DNA from: an uncultured archaeon
GTDB taxonomy: Archaea > Asgardarchaeota > Lokiarchaeia > Sigyniarchaeales > SOKP01
Direction of reading: 5' to 3'
NCBI GenBank assembly: GCA_964632315.1
Contig: CAZWEM010000037.1
Location: 1-47,730 of the forward strand
Length of the DNA: 47,730 nt
Shown: positions 1 through 8,605 of the stretch, in pieces
Numbering within the stretch: the first letter of the stretch is position 1
Layout: each line of letters opens with the position of its first letter
The notes under the pieces: model-generated
Seen by the model: only the letters and a program-made list of their open reading frames with translations
Database searches by the model: none
What the model was told of the DNA's origin: nothing
Translations under genes and position numbers: made by a program

Positions 1-461
1 TGGTTCCCCCACACAATGATTTTTGTTGCATTTCCTTCGATAATTGTCCCTTTCAGGAAACGGAACTATGTAGACATTTATCCCAACAGTTAGAAACAGT
101 AGTATCGTTGATTGAAGTTTATGATTCCACCACTTGGTATCATAAGTTATTTCAAAAGGGGGAGTTAATTGATAAATTTTGCAATAATCCTATAGAATTT
201 GAAGATGAGAAAAAGGCAAGTGAATTCAAGGGTAATGTTGAAGTCTTATCTAAACTTTTTAATGTAGATGAACTTGAAATTCAAGAATATCTTTTTCAAT
301 TTACGCCTCATAACAGAAATTATAATTTTACAAGAAAAATCAACATCTCAGATAAGTATGCTCTTGGAAATGGATGGTTTTTCGTTGATTTTTGGAGGAA
401 ATTAGGGATAGAATATCCTAGAACAAGTCCTCAGCTTATTTTACTCCATGAAATTAAATAG
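1..461 (+). CDS. hypothetical protein, 5'-partial
   Basis: The frame of ORF 108..461 stays open back to position 3 (VPPHNDFCCISFDNCPFQETELCRHLSQQLETVVSL-IEVYDS...), so the true start probably lies upstream of the window. Confidence 0.65.
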   Translation, partial: VPPHNDFCCISFDNCPFQETELCRHLSQQLETVVSLIEVYDSTTWYHKLFQKGELIDKFCNNPIEFEDEKKASEFKGNVEVLSKLFNVDELEIQEYLFQFTPHNRNYNFTRKINISDKYALGNGWFFVDFWRKLGIEYPRTSPQLILLHEIK

Positions 462-750
462 GATGAATATCTGTAGATTATTCAAATAAATCTAATATCT
501 TAGATAATGTTTCACTAATTTCAATCAATAAATCAATCTGATCGCTGAGATTTTTAGAATTCTCGCGATATTTACTAGTTATAACAGACAATTTAGATGG
601 ATCCATTTCCCTATCAAGTAATTTTTGATACTCCATTTTTTTAGCTCAGATTAGATTTCAAATTAAAAAAAGATGGAAATCTATTTCAAGTTTCAAAAAT
701 TGTAATTCAAATAGATTATTAGATTAATATTAGAGTAAATTAAACCCATC

Positions 751-1155
751 ATGCTCGATATAATTTTAATTCAACATCCAAAAACTGGATTAAAGCTTTT
801 AGAATACAGGCAAGCGCATACAAAAATAACTTCAATACATGCAGATATATTTAGCGGGTTTATGTCCGCCATACAGAACATCTCAACGGAATTAGATATT
901 GGAACCTTAATTTTATTATCCACTGAAGGCTCAAAAGGCCATAATTGTATAATAGTTCCAAAACCACCAATAAATGTGATACTTTTGGTGGATCAAGAAG
1001 ACCCCGTCGATCTTTGGCGTGAACAAGGGCATCTTATAGCTGATAAATTTCTCAAGACATTTGGGAATCATTTTAATCCTAATGATGTTTCGAGATTTGA
1101 ATCATTTGCTTCGACTATTAAAGATTTATGTTCTACTCATGAATTTTGCGAATAA
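751..1155 (+). CDS. small longin/roadblock-like (profilin-type fold) protein of the Asgard type
   Basis: 134 aa; hydrophobic N-terminal strand plus TGL, and DIFSGFMSAIQNISTEL, the xxSGFxSAI pattern common in Asgard longin-like proteins. Confidence 0.55.
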   Translation: MLDIILIQHPKTGLKLLEYRQAHTKITSIHADIFSGFMSAIQNISTELDIGTLILLSTEGSKGHNCIIVPKPPINVILLVDQEDPVDLWREQGHLIADKFLKTFGNHFNPNDVSRFESFASTIKDLCSTHEFCE

Positions 1156-1169
1156 ATCTAATAACTCCC

Positions 1170-1190
1170 TAAAAAAATATTTAAATTAAT
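1170..1190 (+). promoter_or_regulatory. putative BRE/TATA promoter for the leuS leader transcript
   Basis: An A-run is followed by ATTTAAAT (1179-1186), about 25 nt upstream of the uORF1 ATG at 1208, which would give a near-leaderless transcript. The AT-rich background limits certainty. Confidence 0.4.
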
Positions 1191-1207
1191 AATCCTATTA
1201 AATAGTA

Positions 1208-1291
1208 ATGATCAATAATAACGCTACAAAATTAATTTTAAAGGAATCCATTGCTTTAGATGATTTGCTAGCTTTGTTATTATTGTTATGA
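1208..1291 (+). CDS. putative Leu-rich leader peptide uORF1 of leuS, MINNNATKLILKESIALDDLLALLLLL (27 aa)
   Basis: Translated by hand: 10 Leu in 27 aa; 7 of the last 8 codons are Leu, with 5 consecutive before TGA; located directly upstream of leucyl-tRNA synthetase. Confidence 0.7.
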   Translation: MINNNATKLILKESIALDDLLALLLLL

Positions 1292-1406
1292 AAGGGACAA
1301 ATCCGCTAATACTCTTTCTTTATAATCTGCTTGGATTTGTCCGTTTGGCATGAATGATTATTTAAAAGAGATTTTCGCGTATTTTTCCCTCAAAAATAAC
1401 GGAATC
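1213..1406 (+). promoter_or_regulatory. structured leuS leader with three tandem hairpins
   Basis: CAATAATAAC 1213-1222 pairs with GTTATTATTG 1276-1285 (plus GCTA/TAGC and CAAA/TTTG inside). GGACAAATCC 1295-1304 pairs with GGATTTGTCC 1333-1342. TATTTTT 1380-1386 pairs with AAAAATA 1392-1398, with flanking CG/CG and GATT/AATC. Confidence 0.7.
1288..1353 (+). CDS. putative uORF2, MKGTNPLILFLYNLLGFVRLA (21 aa)
   Basis: ATGA overlap with the uORF1 stop; 6 Leu encoded CTA, CTC, CTT, CTG, CTT, TTG. Confidence 0.5.
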   Translation: MKGTNPLILFLYNLLGFVRLA

Positions 1407-1427
1407 AGGAAAAAAAATTATGTATAA
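1350..1427 (+). CDS. putative uORF3, MNDYLKEIFAYFSLKNNGIRKKNYV (25 aa)
   Basis: ATGA overlap with the uORF2 stop; its TAA (1425-1427) lies just inside leuS (ATGTATAA overlap). Confidence 0.4.
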   Translation: MNDYLKEIFAYFSLKNNGIRKKNYV

Positions 1428-4314
1428 TGCTCATGAAATTGAAAATAAATGGCAGGGGAGATGGCAAAAGTCTAAGATATTTGAGGCTAATCCTAAACCA
1501 GGAACTCAAAAGAAATTCATAACAATCCCATATCCGTACGCTAGTGGTCCACAACACATTGGACATGGAAGGAGTTATGCAAATGGCGATATTTTTGCCC
1601 GATATTATCGAGCAAAAGGATATAACGTCTTACTTCCAATGGCTTTTCACATCACAGGAACTCCCGTATTAGCGATTTCCTCAGCAATCGAACGGCGTGA
1701 TAAGAAGATCATAAAGCGGATGCATCAATATGTCTCTCTTCACACATCAAGCAAGCAAAAAGTGAAAGAAATTGTAGATAGTTTTGTAGATCCTTGGAAT
1801 ATAGTTTATTATTTTTCTGATGCAATTAGAGAAGATTTTATTGCACTCGGAATGAGTATCGATTGGAGGAGACAATTTACCACGGGAGACCCTGTTTATA
1901 ACAAGTTTATAGAATGGCAATTCCAAAAATTAATGGAAAAAGGGTATATAGAAAAGGGAGCATATCCGATCTTGTACTGCCCACGGGATAAGAACGCAGT
2001 AGGGGAGGACGATATAGCGAGCGGAGATGAATTGGATTTAAACATTAATGAGTTTACCTGCATCAAATATCCGTATGAAGATGGATATTTAGTTGCGGCA
2101 ACCCTGAGACCTGAAACTATTTTTGGAGTTACAAATATTTGGATCAATCCTACAGGCACTTATGTTTACGTGAAGATAAAAGGAGAAAAATGGATAATTT
2201 CCGAAGAAGCCATTGCATTGTTTAGGAACCAAGGAAAAAATATCGAAATTTTAGAAAAGTTTCCAGGAAGTATATTAATTGGAAAACAGACGAGTTCTAT
2301 CAGGGGGAGTAGGAAAATGCCAATTCTTCCAGGCGATTTTGTTGATACTTCGACAGCTACTGGCGTAGTCTATTCGGTTCCAGCTCATGCTCCATATGAT
2401 TATATTGCTTTAATTGAATTACAAAAAAATGATAAAATCATTCAACAATATTCTCTTGATAAGGATAAAATCGAGTCAATAAAACCCATAAAAATAATTG
2501 AATTAAAAAATACTAAGGATTTTCCAGCTAAAGAATTCTGCGAAAAATATGGAGTAGAAAGTCAACTAGACAAAGAAAAATTAGATAATGCGACGGCTGA
2601 ATTGTATAAAAGTGAGTTTTACAATGGGATTTTGAATGAGAAATGTGGTAAGTATAGCAATAAACCTGTTAATGAAGCTGTACAAGAAGTAATTCAAGAT
2701 TTAACAGAAGAAGGCAGTGCTGATAGACTATATATCCCCGTGACTCGTGATTTAAGGTGCAGATGCGGTGAAAAAATTATAGTTACCATTTTAGAAGATC
2801 AATGGTTTCTGAATTTTAACGCAGCAGATTGGAAGAAGAAGGCGTTTGATTGCTTAGAGCAAATGCAAATTGTACCGAACAAGTATCGTCAAAACTTCGT
2901 GAATGTTTTTCATTGGTTGGAAAAACGACCCTGCGCAAGGAAAAGAGGATTAGGTACTAAGCTACCCTTTGATAAAAATTGGATAATAGAATCATTGAGT
3001 GACTCAACGATTTACATGAGTTTCTATACGATCATCCATATTATAAATGAGAAATCCATTCAACCAGAACAGCTAATTCCAGAATTTTTTGATTATGTTT
3101 TCCTGAGTATAGGAAAAATTGATGTGGTCTCGGATAAAACAGGTATAAAGAAGGATATTTTAGAAGAGATGCATTCTGAATTTATCTATTGGTATCCTGT
3201 TGATCATAGACACACTGCAATCATGCACATTTCGAACCACTTGAGCTTTTTTATCTTTCACCATGCCGCTATCTTTCAAAAAAAAGATTGGCCAAGATTG
3301 ATAACTCTCATAGAACCAGTTATAGTAGAAGGCCAGAAAATGGGAAAATCAAAAGGTAATCTCATCTCCTTAGCAGAGTTAAGAAAAAACTATTCTATCG
3401 ACCTTTTTAGATTTTATATATCTCATGGAGCAGACTTGGGGGTAAGTGTTGATTGGAGAGAATCAAAGATCAAATCTATTTCAAATCATATTGAGCGCTT
3501 TTATAGCTTTATTACAGATAATCTAAATCAAACTAATATGAAAGACCAAAAGGTCGAATTGGATAAGGAATATCCAAAAGCGATACTGTCTAAAATCTTA
3601 AGATTCTTCATTACCTCTGAAAATGCTTTAAAAGAGTATAACTTGAGGAAATACATCCAAATTGCTTTTTATGAAGTTTTCAACATGCTCCAAGAATTTA
3701 AAAAGTATTCTGATAATAAAGATTTTCAAAGTCTATTTGATATTATTGTATTTGATTGGCTAAAGCTACTCTCATTGGTTATCCCCCACGTTTGTGAAGA
3801 ATTATGGGAAAAAGCCCATAAGGGTAAACCTGGATTCATATCTAATGAAATCTGGGAGCCATTTGACACCAACCTCATAAATGATGATCTTGAATCTAAT
3901 TTTGATTACATTTCAGAGCTTATCGCCGATATCCTCAATATAAAAAAAGTTGTAACCGTACAAGATAACGACGCAATATTTATTTATACTGCTCCTAACT
4001 GGAAGTATGAAGTCCAAGAGAAAATAGTTTCAAATGAAGGAGAATTTAATAAAATTCTTTCAGAATTAAAGCAAGATCAAGAAATAATGAAGAAAAAAGG
4101 ACTCATGCCTTTTATCAAAATGCAAATAAAGAATAGAATATGGGAGAAGAATGGATTTAGTGATAAAGAAGATGAACTTTTATTGAAGTATAAAGAATTC
4201 ATCAAAAAGCGCATTAATCATCCAATAATTATCAATTCAGAACACGATCCTACCAATAAAAAGTCAAAAGCAATTCCCAATAAACCAGCTATATACATTG
4301 GAGAAAAAACATGA
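1420..4314 (+). CDS. leuS: leucyl-tRNA synthetase, archaeal type
   Basis: PYPYASGPQHIGH (HIGH motif), ATLRPET editing-domain motif, TGVVYSVPAHAPYD, KMGKS (KMSKS variant), C-terminal KAIPNKPAIYI. Confidence 0.97.
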   Translation: MYNAHEIENKWQGRWQKSKIFEANPKPGTQKKFITIPYPYASGPQHIGHGRSYANGDIFARYYRAKGYNVLLPMAFHITGTPVLAISSAIERRDKKIIKRMHQYVSLHTSSKQKVKEIVDSFVDPWNIVYYFSDAIREDFIALGMSIDWRRQFTTGDPVYNKFIEWQFQKLMEKGYIEKGAYPILYCPRDKNAVGEDDIASGDELDLNINEFTCIKYPYEDGYLVAATLRPETIFGVTNIWINPTGTYVYVKIKGEKWIISEEAIALFRNQGKNIEILEKFPGSILIGKQTSSIRGSRKMPILPGDFVDTSTATGVVYSVPAHAPYDYIALIELQKNDKIIQQYSLDKDKIESIKPIKIIELKNTKDFPAKEFCEKYGVESQLDKEKLDNATAELYKSEFYNGILNEKCGKYSNKPVNEAVQEVIQDLTEEGSADRLYIPVTRDLRCRCGEKIIVTILEDQWFLNFNAADWKKKAFDCLEQMQIVPNKYRQNFVNVFHWLEKRPCARKRGLGTKLPFDKNWIIESLSDSTIYMSFYTIIHIINEKSIQPEQLIPEFFDYVFLSIGKIDVVSDKTGIKKDILEEMHSEFIYWYPVDHRHTAIMHISNHLSFFIFHHAAIFQKKDWPRLITLIEPVIVEGQKMGKSKGNLISLAELRKNYSIDLFRFYISHGADLGVSVDWRESKIKSISNHIERFYSFITDNLNQTNMKDQKVELDKEYPKAILSKILRFFITSENALKEYNLRKYIQIAFYEVFNMLQEFKKYSDNKDFQSLFDIIVFDWLKLLSLVIPHVCEELWEKAHKGKPGFISNEIWEPFDTNLINDDLESNFDYISELIADILNIKKVVTVQDNDAIFIYTAPNWKYEVQEKIVSNEGEFNKILSELKQDQEIMKKKGLMPFIKMQIKNRIWEKNGFSDKEDELLLKYKEFIKKRINHPIIINSEHDPTNKKSKAIPNKPAIYIGEKT

Positions 4315-4442
4315 ATTTATTGTTTTTTAAATAATAACAAAGATACTTTAGAGCTTAAGAAACCAAATTAAACTCTAAAGCTTTAAAATTAGTCATAGCA
4401 TAATATATATCAAAAAAACATTTTTAATTTTTAACGTATATC

Positions 4443-5609
4443 ATGAGAAATTTTAACTATTTCCATCCAACCAGAATCTTATTCGGTAAAGATAGAGTTA
4501 ATGAAGTAGGAAAAATAGTTGCTAGGAATGGCAAAAGATGTTTATTAGTGACTGTCGAACCTTTTCCAGCAATGAAAGAATTATTCGAAAATGTTAAAGG
4601 TTTATGTGAAAAAGCAGGGATAGAAACTATTCATTATGATGGGGCTGTTCCTGAACCTAATAATGATTGTGTGAATAAAGGATCCAAAATTGCACGAGAA
4701 AATAATGTAGATGTAGTACTTGGAGTGGGAGGAGGTTCAACCATGGATACTGCGAAAGCAATTAGTGTAGGTGCAACACATGAAGGAGATATTTGGGATT
4801 ATAGATTAGGACAAAAAAGAGTAGGTAAAGATATTCTTCCAGTCATAGCTGTTCCAACCACTGGTGGTACTGGAGCAGAAGGTACCAACATGGCAGTGAT
4901 TAAAAATGCAAGAGATAAAACTAAGTCTGCAATAGCAAGTTGGGATCTTACACCTCGAGTAGCAATTGTCGATCCTGTTCTTACATTAACAGTTCCACCA
5001 AAAATTACTGCTTCTACTGGATTTGATGCATTTACTCACTCTTTTGAAACATTTATAAATATTCACTCCTCGAATTTTATTGATCTCTATGCTTTGGATG
5101 CGTTAAAGAAAATAATAAAATATTTACCCCTAGCTGTTGAAGATGGATCTAACCTTGAAGCACGAGAGGCTCTTTCATTTGCTGCAATGCTCGGTGGATT
5201 ATGTATTTCAAATATTGGTACAACGTTACCTCATGGAATGGCTATGGCTCTTGGAGGTCATGTCTCTGGAATAGCTCATGGAGAAACTCTTGCAATATTA
5301 TATCCTGAAGTCAATCGTTGGACATGGACAACCGCTATTGAGAAATTTGCAGAAGTTGGGCGATTATTTAACCAAAACTTATACGAGGTTTCTGACAACA
5401 CTGCAGCTGAAAAATGTTGTGATGAGATTGAGTCATTCATTAAAACAATTGGACTATGGAATGATTTATCTTCAAAGAATGTAATTAAAGATGATTTCGA
5501 GGCAATAACAGAAGATGCATTAAATCTGCGTAATTATGCTCTTCATCCAAAAATAGCAAATCATGATGATCTCATCGATCTGTTTGAAAAAAGTCATAAA
5601 AAGCAATAA
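4443..5609 (+). CDS. iron-containing alcohol dehydrogenase
   Basis: GGGSTMDTAK, PTTGGTGAE, metal ligands in DAFTH, PHG and AHG. Confidence 0.93.
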   Translation: MRNFNYFHPTRILFGKDRVNEVGKIVARNGKRCLLVTVEPFPAMKELFENVKGLCEKAGIETIHYDGAVPEPNNDCVNKGSKIARENNVDVVLGVGGGSTMDTAKAISVGATHEGDIWDYRLGQKRVGKDILPVIAVPTTGGTGAEGTNMAVIKNARDKTKSAIASWDLTPRVAIVDPVLTLTVPPKITASTGFDAFTHSFETFINIHSSNFIDLYALDALKKIIKYLPLAVEDGSNLEAREALSFAAMLGGLCISNIGTTLPHGMAMALGGHVSGIAHGETLAILYPEVNRWTWTTAIEKFAEVGRLFNQNLYEVSDNTAAEKCCDEIESFIKTIGLWNDLSSKNVIKDDFEAITEDALNLRNYALHPKIANHDDLIDLFEKSHKKQ

Positions 5610-5631
5610 TATGTGATTCTTCATTTAAAAT

Positions 5632-6543
5632 TTACTTGTTTTCAAGGCCATATACTTGTTTTGGACATAAATATTCTGGAAATTTATCAATTAACTTAAG
5701 TCGAAGTTCATAGCAAAAATGGCATTCATCAACATACGAATCCTCATGTTCAAGCCCATATTGATTAGCTAATTCTGCTGGGCCACCTTTTATTAATGAA
5801 GAGCAAATTGGATGATTATCCCCATTAAAATCAGCTATCAGTTTCGATAAAGGAGTTTTGAATGCATTTCCTATACTTAAACCTTGACAAACTTGAACAT
5901 TACCGAACGGGTCCACATGAACTCTCCCCAAATTTATTAAATCCTCATATGGACATGAATCTAATTCGTTCCAAGGTCTTGTGGGTAAACCTTCAATTAA
6001 CTTTTCGACTGCTCTTCCTCTAAACATCGCTCCACCACCAATCACGGGTTTTCCTTTTTCATGATCTTTATCAATACCTTCCTGAACTGTTGGAGTTTCA
6101 ATTGTAATCGAAGAAACAGGTACCCCCAAGTTTTCTGCCGCATTACGAGCATTTTTTGCAAGGTTATTAAATTTATCATCGAAATGGAATAAATCGTCGC
6201 TAACTTCCATGCTTTCTATCCCGATTTCAAGAATTGGTTTTAACCAGACTTCAGCGTCTTTAACATTAGTGGCCCAGTATGAATTGGTAACTAAGCCAAT
6301 CTTAAACTCCTTTTTCTTTGCATATCTCATCCCTTCAAGCATTATAGGATAAAATAGAAATGCCTCTCCCCCTTCAAAATAAATGCTTTCAATTGTTCCA
6401 ATTTCAGCGGCTTCATCCAATATTTGCTTTATATGATCTAAAGAAAATGTTCCTTGAGAATTAGGACTAGAATATAAAAAGCAGTGGTCGCAAGTATAAT
6501 TACACGAGTAAGTCAATAAAAAATGAATACCTTTAAGATTCAT
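5632..6543 (-). CDS. radical SAM protein
   Basis: CNYTCDHC motif, EGGE, extra C-terminal cysteines (CPY, QVC, PIC, ECHFC). Confidence 0.9.
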   Translation of the reverse strand: MNLKGIHFLLTYSCNYTCDHCFLYSSPNSQGTFSLDHIKQILDEAAEIGTIESIYFEGGEAFLFYPIMLEGMRYAKKKEFKIGLVTNSYWATNVKDAEVWLKPILEIGIESMEVSDDLFHFDDKFNNLAKNARNAAENLGVPVSSITIETPTVQEGIDKDHEKGKPVIGGGAMFRGRAVEKLIEGLPTRPWNELDSCPYEDLINLGRVHVDPFGNVQVCQGLSIGNAFKTPLSKLIADFNGDNHPICSSLIKGGPAELANQYGLEHEDSYVDECHFCYELRLKLIDKFPEYLCPKQVYGLENK

Positions 6544-6583
6544 TGTTTCTCAATAAAGTTGAAAGAAAATATGATTAATAATT

Positions 6584-7804
6584 TTAATCAACTTTTTCTA
6601 ATATTGTGGCTACTCCTTGTCCACCGCCTACACAAGCTGTTGCTAAACCAAACTGACTATCTTTATTATTTTGCATAATTCTCGCTAATGTTCCAACGAT
6701 TCTAACTCCAGTAGCACCTAAAGGATGACCTAAAGCGATTGCACCGCCATTGATGTTGATTAATTCTCTTTCAATTTTTAATTCTTTTATAGCAAATAGA
6801 GGTACAATCGCAAAAGCTTCATTTATTTCCCAAAAATCAATCTCTTTTGCATTTAAATTTGCTTTTTTTAAAGCTTTTTTACTTGCTGGTACTGGACCCG
6901 ATCCCATAATTCCTGGATTTACTCCTGCCCAAGCTATAGACCTTATTGCTGCTAAGGGTTTTATGCCTAAATCTTCTGCTCTATTTCGAGACATTAATAT
7001 GCAACATCCTGCTCCGGCATTTAGGGGTGAACTATTTCCTGCAGTGATTTGGGATTCTTCATTGATTCCCTTAGATACTGTCTTTAAATTTGCCATGGTT
7101 TCGAGGTTTGATCCCTCTCTTATTGATTGGTCATATTTAATCATTTTCTTAGATCCATCTGGATTAGCCCCCTCGACGGGAAGGATTTCTCCATTAAAAA
7201 AGCCTGAATCACGTGCATTTACAGCTTTTTGATGAGATTCTAGGCTAAATTGGTCCATATCAGTTCTCGTTATATCTTGATTTTGTTCCCATAATTTTTG
7301 TGCTGTTTGAAGCATTGAGAATCCCGTCCCCAAGTCATATTTAGCATGGTTTGGAAATTTGTTAGCATCGGTCAATTCGGTATGTTTCAACGTTAAATCA
7401 GTCCCTCGTGGAATGCGTGTCATGTGTTCCATTCCTCCCGCCAATACAATTTCAGCATTACCTGTCATTATTTCCATTGCTCCTATGTGTATACTTGACA
7501 TTGAAGATCCGCACTGGCGATCAACACCCATTGCGGCAATATTTACTGGCAATTCAGCTAAAAATAATGGTTGACGTCCTCCATAAAGAAAATTTTCTTT
7601 TACTTGGTTGGCACATCCGGTTATTAATTCATCAATTTCGGTAGGATCAAACTTGACTCTTCCCATTAATTCCTTTATGACTAATGCAAGGAGTCTATCT
7701 GCTGAAATTTGATGAAATACATCTCTCTCTGGCTGGTTAGGACGACTTCGAGAAAATGGGGATCTTAAATAATCAACTATAACTGCTTCTTGTAATTTAT
7801 CCAT
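6584..7804 (-). CDS. acetyl-CoA C-acyltransferase (3-ketoacyl-CoA thiolase)
   Basis: RQCGSS catalytic Cys, EINEAFA, GHPLGATG, CVGGGQG. Confidence 0.95.
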   Translation of the reverse strand: MDKLQEAVIVDYLRSPFSRSRPNQPERDVFHQISADRLLALVIKELMGRVKFDPTEIDELITGCANQVKENFLYGGRQPLFLAELPVNIAAMGVDRQCGSSMSSIHIGAMEIMTGNAEIVLAGGMEHMTRIPRGTDLTLKHTELTDANKFPNHAKYDLGTGFSMLQTAQKLWEQNQDITRTDMDQFSLESHQKAVNARDSGFFNGEILPVEGANPDGSKKMIKYDQSIREGSNLETMANLKTVSKGINEESQITAGNSSPLNAGAGCCILMSRNRAEDLGIKPLAAIRSIAWAGVNPGIMGSGPVPASKKALKKANLNAKEIDFWEINEAFAIVPLFAIKELKIERELININGGAIALGHPLGATGVRIVGTLARIMQNNKDSQFGLATACVGGGQGVATILEKVD

Positions 7805-7810
7805 TTCAAC

Positions 7811-8602
7811 TCACTTTCCTATAAATTCTGGATCTTTTTTTTCTAATAGGGCAGTCACTCCAATTTTATAATCTTCACTTTCTGCCGATTTAATTTGCAT
7901 CTGACGCTCTTTTTCAAGATGTTCGTCAAGTGGAGTACTTAAAGCTTCAAAAAATAATTCCTTAGTTCTAGCATATGCTAAAAGAGGACCCTTAGTAAAT
8001 TTTTCAGCCCAATGCATTGATACTTCTTCTAATTGGTCAGCAGGAGTAATAACATTGACAAATCCGAGTTTCTTCATCTCCTCAGCTGAATAAGTATCCC
8101 CAAAGAAAGCCATTTGGACAGCTTGTTGCCAAGTAAGTTGTCGACTAAGAAGTATTGTACCAGCAAATCCAGGAATCAAAGCAAGTTTGCAAAATGACTG
8201 TTTAAACTTTCCATGTTCCGAAGATATGATAAAATCACAAGAAAGGGCTAAGTTCATGCCCGCTCCAACTGCCCATCCATTAACAGCCGCAATTACCGGC
8301 TTTGGATACTGACGTAAAACAAAAGCTATTTTATATAAAACATTTGTTAAATCATCCATTACCTTGCCTGCTGTTCCATTATCCGCACTTTCCTTGAATT
8401 TCTTCACATCTCCTCCTGCAGAAAAAGCCTTTCCAGAGCCAGTAATGATTAAACATCGAATAGTAGAATCTTCACGCAGATTTTCAATTATGTCTAACAA
8501 TTGCGTTCCAGTTTCAAGATTCAATGGATTAAAATTGTCTGGATTTATAAGTTTAATAGTAGCTATATTCCCCTTTTTTTCAATTTCGACCATTTTTTCC
8601 AT
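7811..8602 (-). CDS. enoyl-CoA hydratase/isomerase family protein
   Basis: AFSAGGD, PKPVIAAVNGWAVGAG, C-terminal EKKDPEFIGK. Confidence 0.93.
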   Translation of the reverse strand: MEKMVEIEKKGNIATIKLINPDNFNPLNLETGTQLLDIIENLREDSTIRCLIITGSGKAFSAGGDVKKFKESADNGTAGKVMDDLTNVLYKIAFVLRQYPKPVIAAVNGWAVGAGMNLALSCDFIISSEHGKFKQSFCKLALIPGFAGTILLSRQLTWQQAVQMAFFGDTYSAEEMKKLGFVNVITPADQLEEVSMHWAEKFTKGPLLAYARTKELFFEALSTPLDEHLEKERQMQIKSAESEDYKIGVTALLEKKDPEFIGK

Positions 8603-8605
8603 TGG

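Noticed and set aside
541-677. Imperfect inverted repeats in the 462-750 spacer
   Set aside because: Bulged and largely A/T, consistent with chance in this background.
1354-1365. Micro-ORF ATG ATT ATT TAA, in frame with uORF2 and leuS
   Set aside because: Three codons is too short to support on its own; worth revisiting only if conserved.
1200-1419. T-box riboswitch upstream of leuS
   Set aside because: No TGGNACC T-box sequence or recognisable stem I/terminator arrangement; the uORF model explains the region better.
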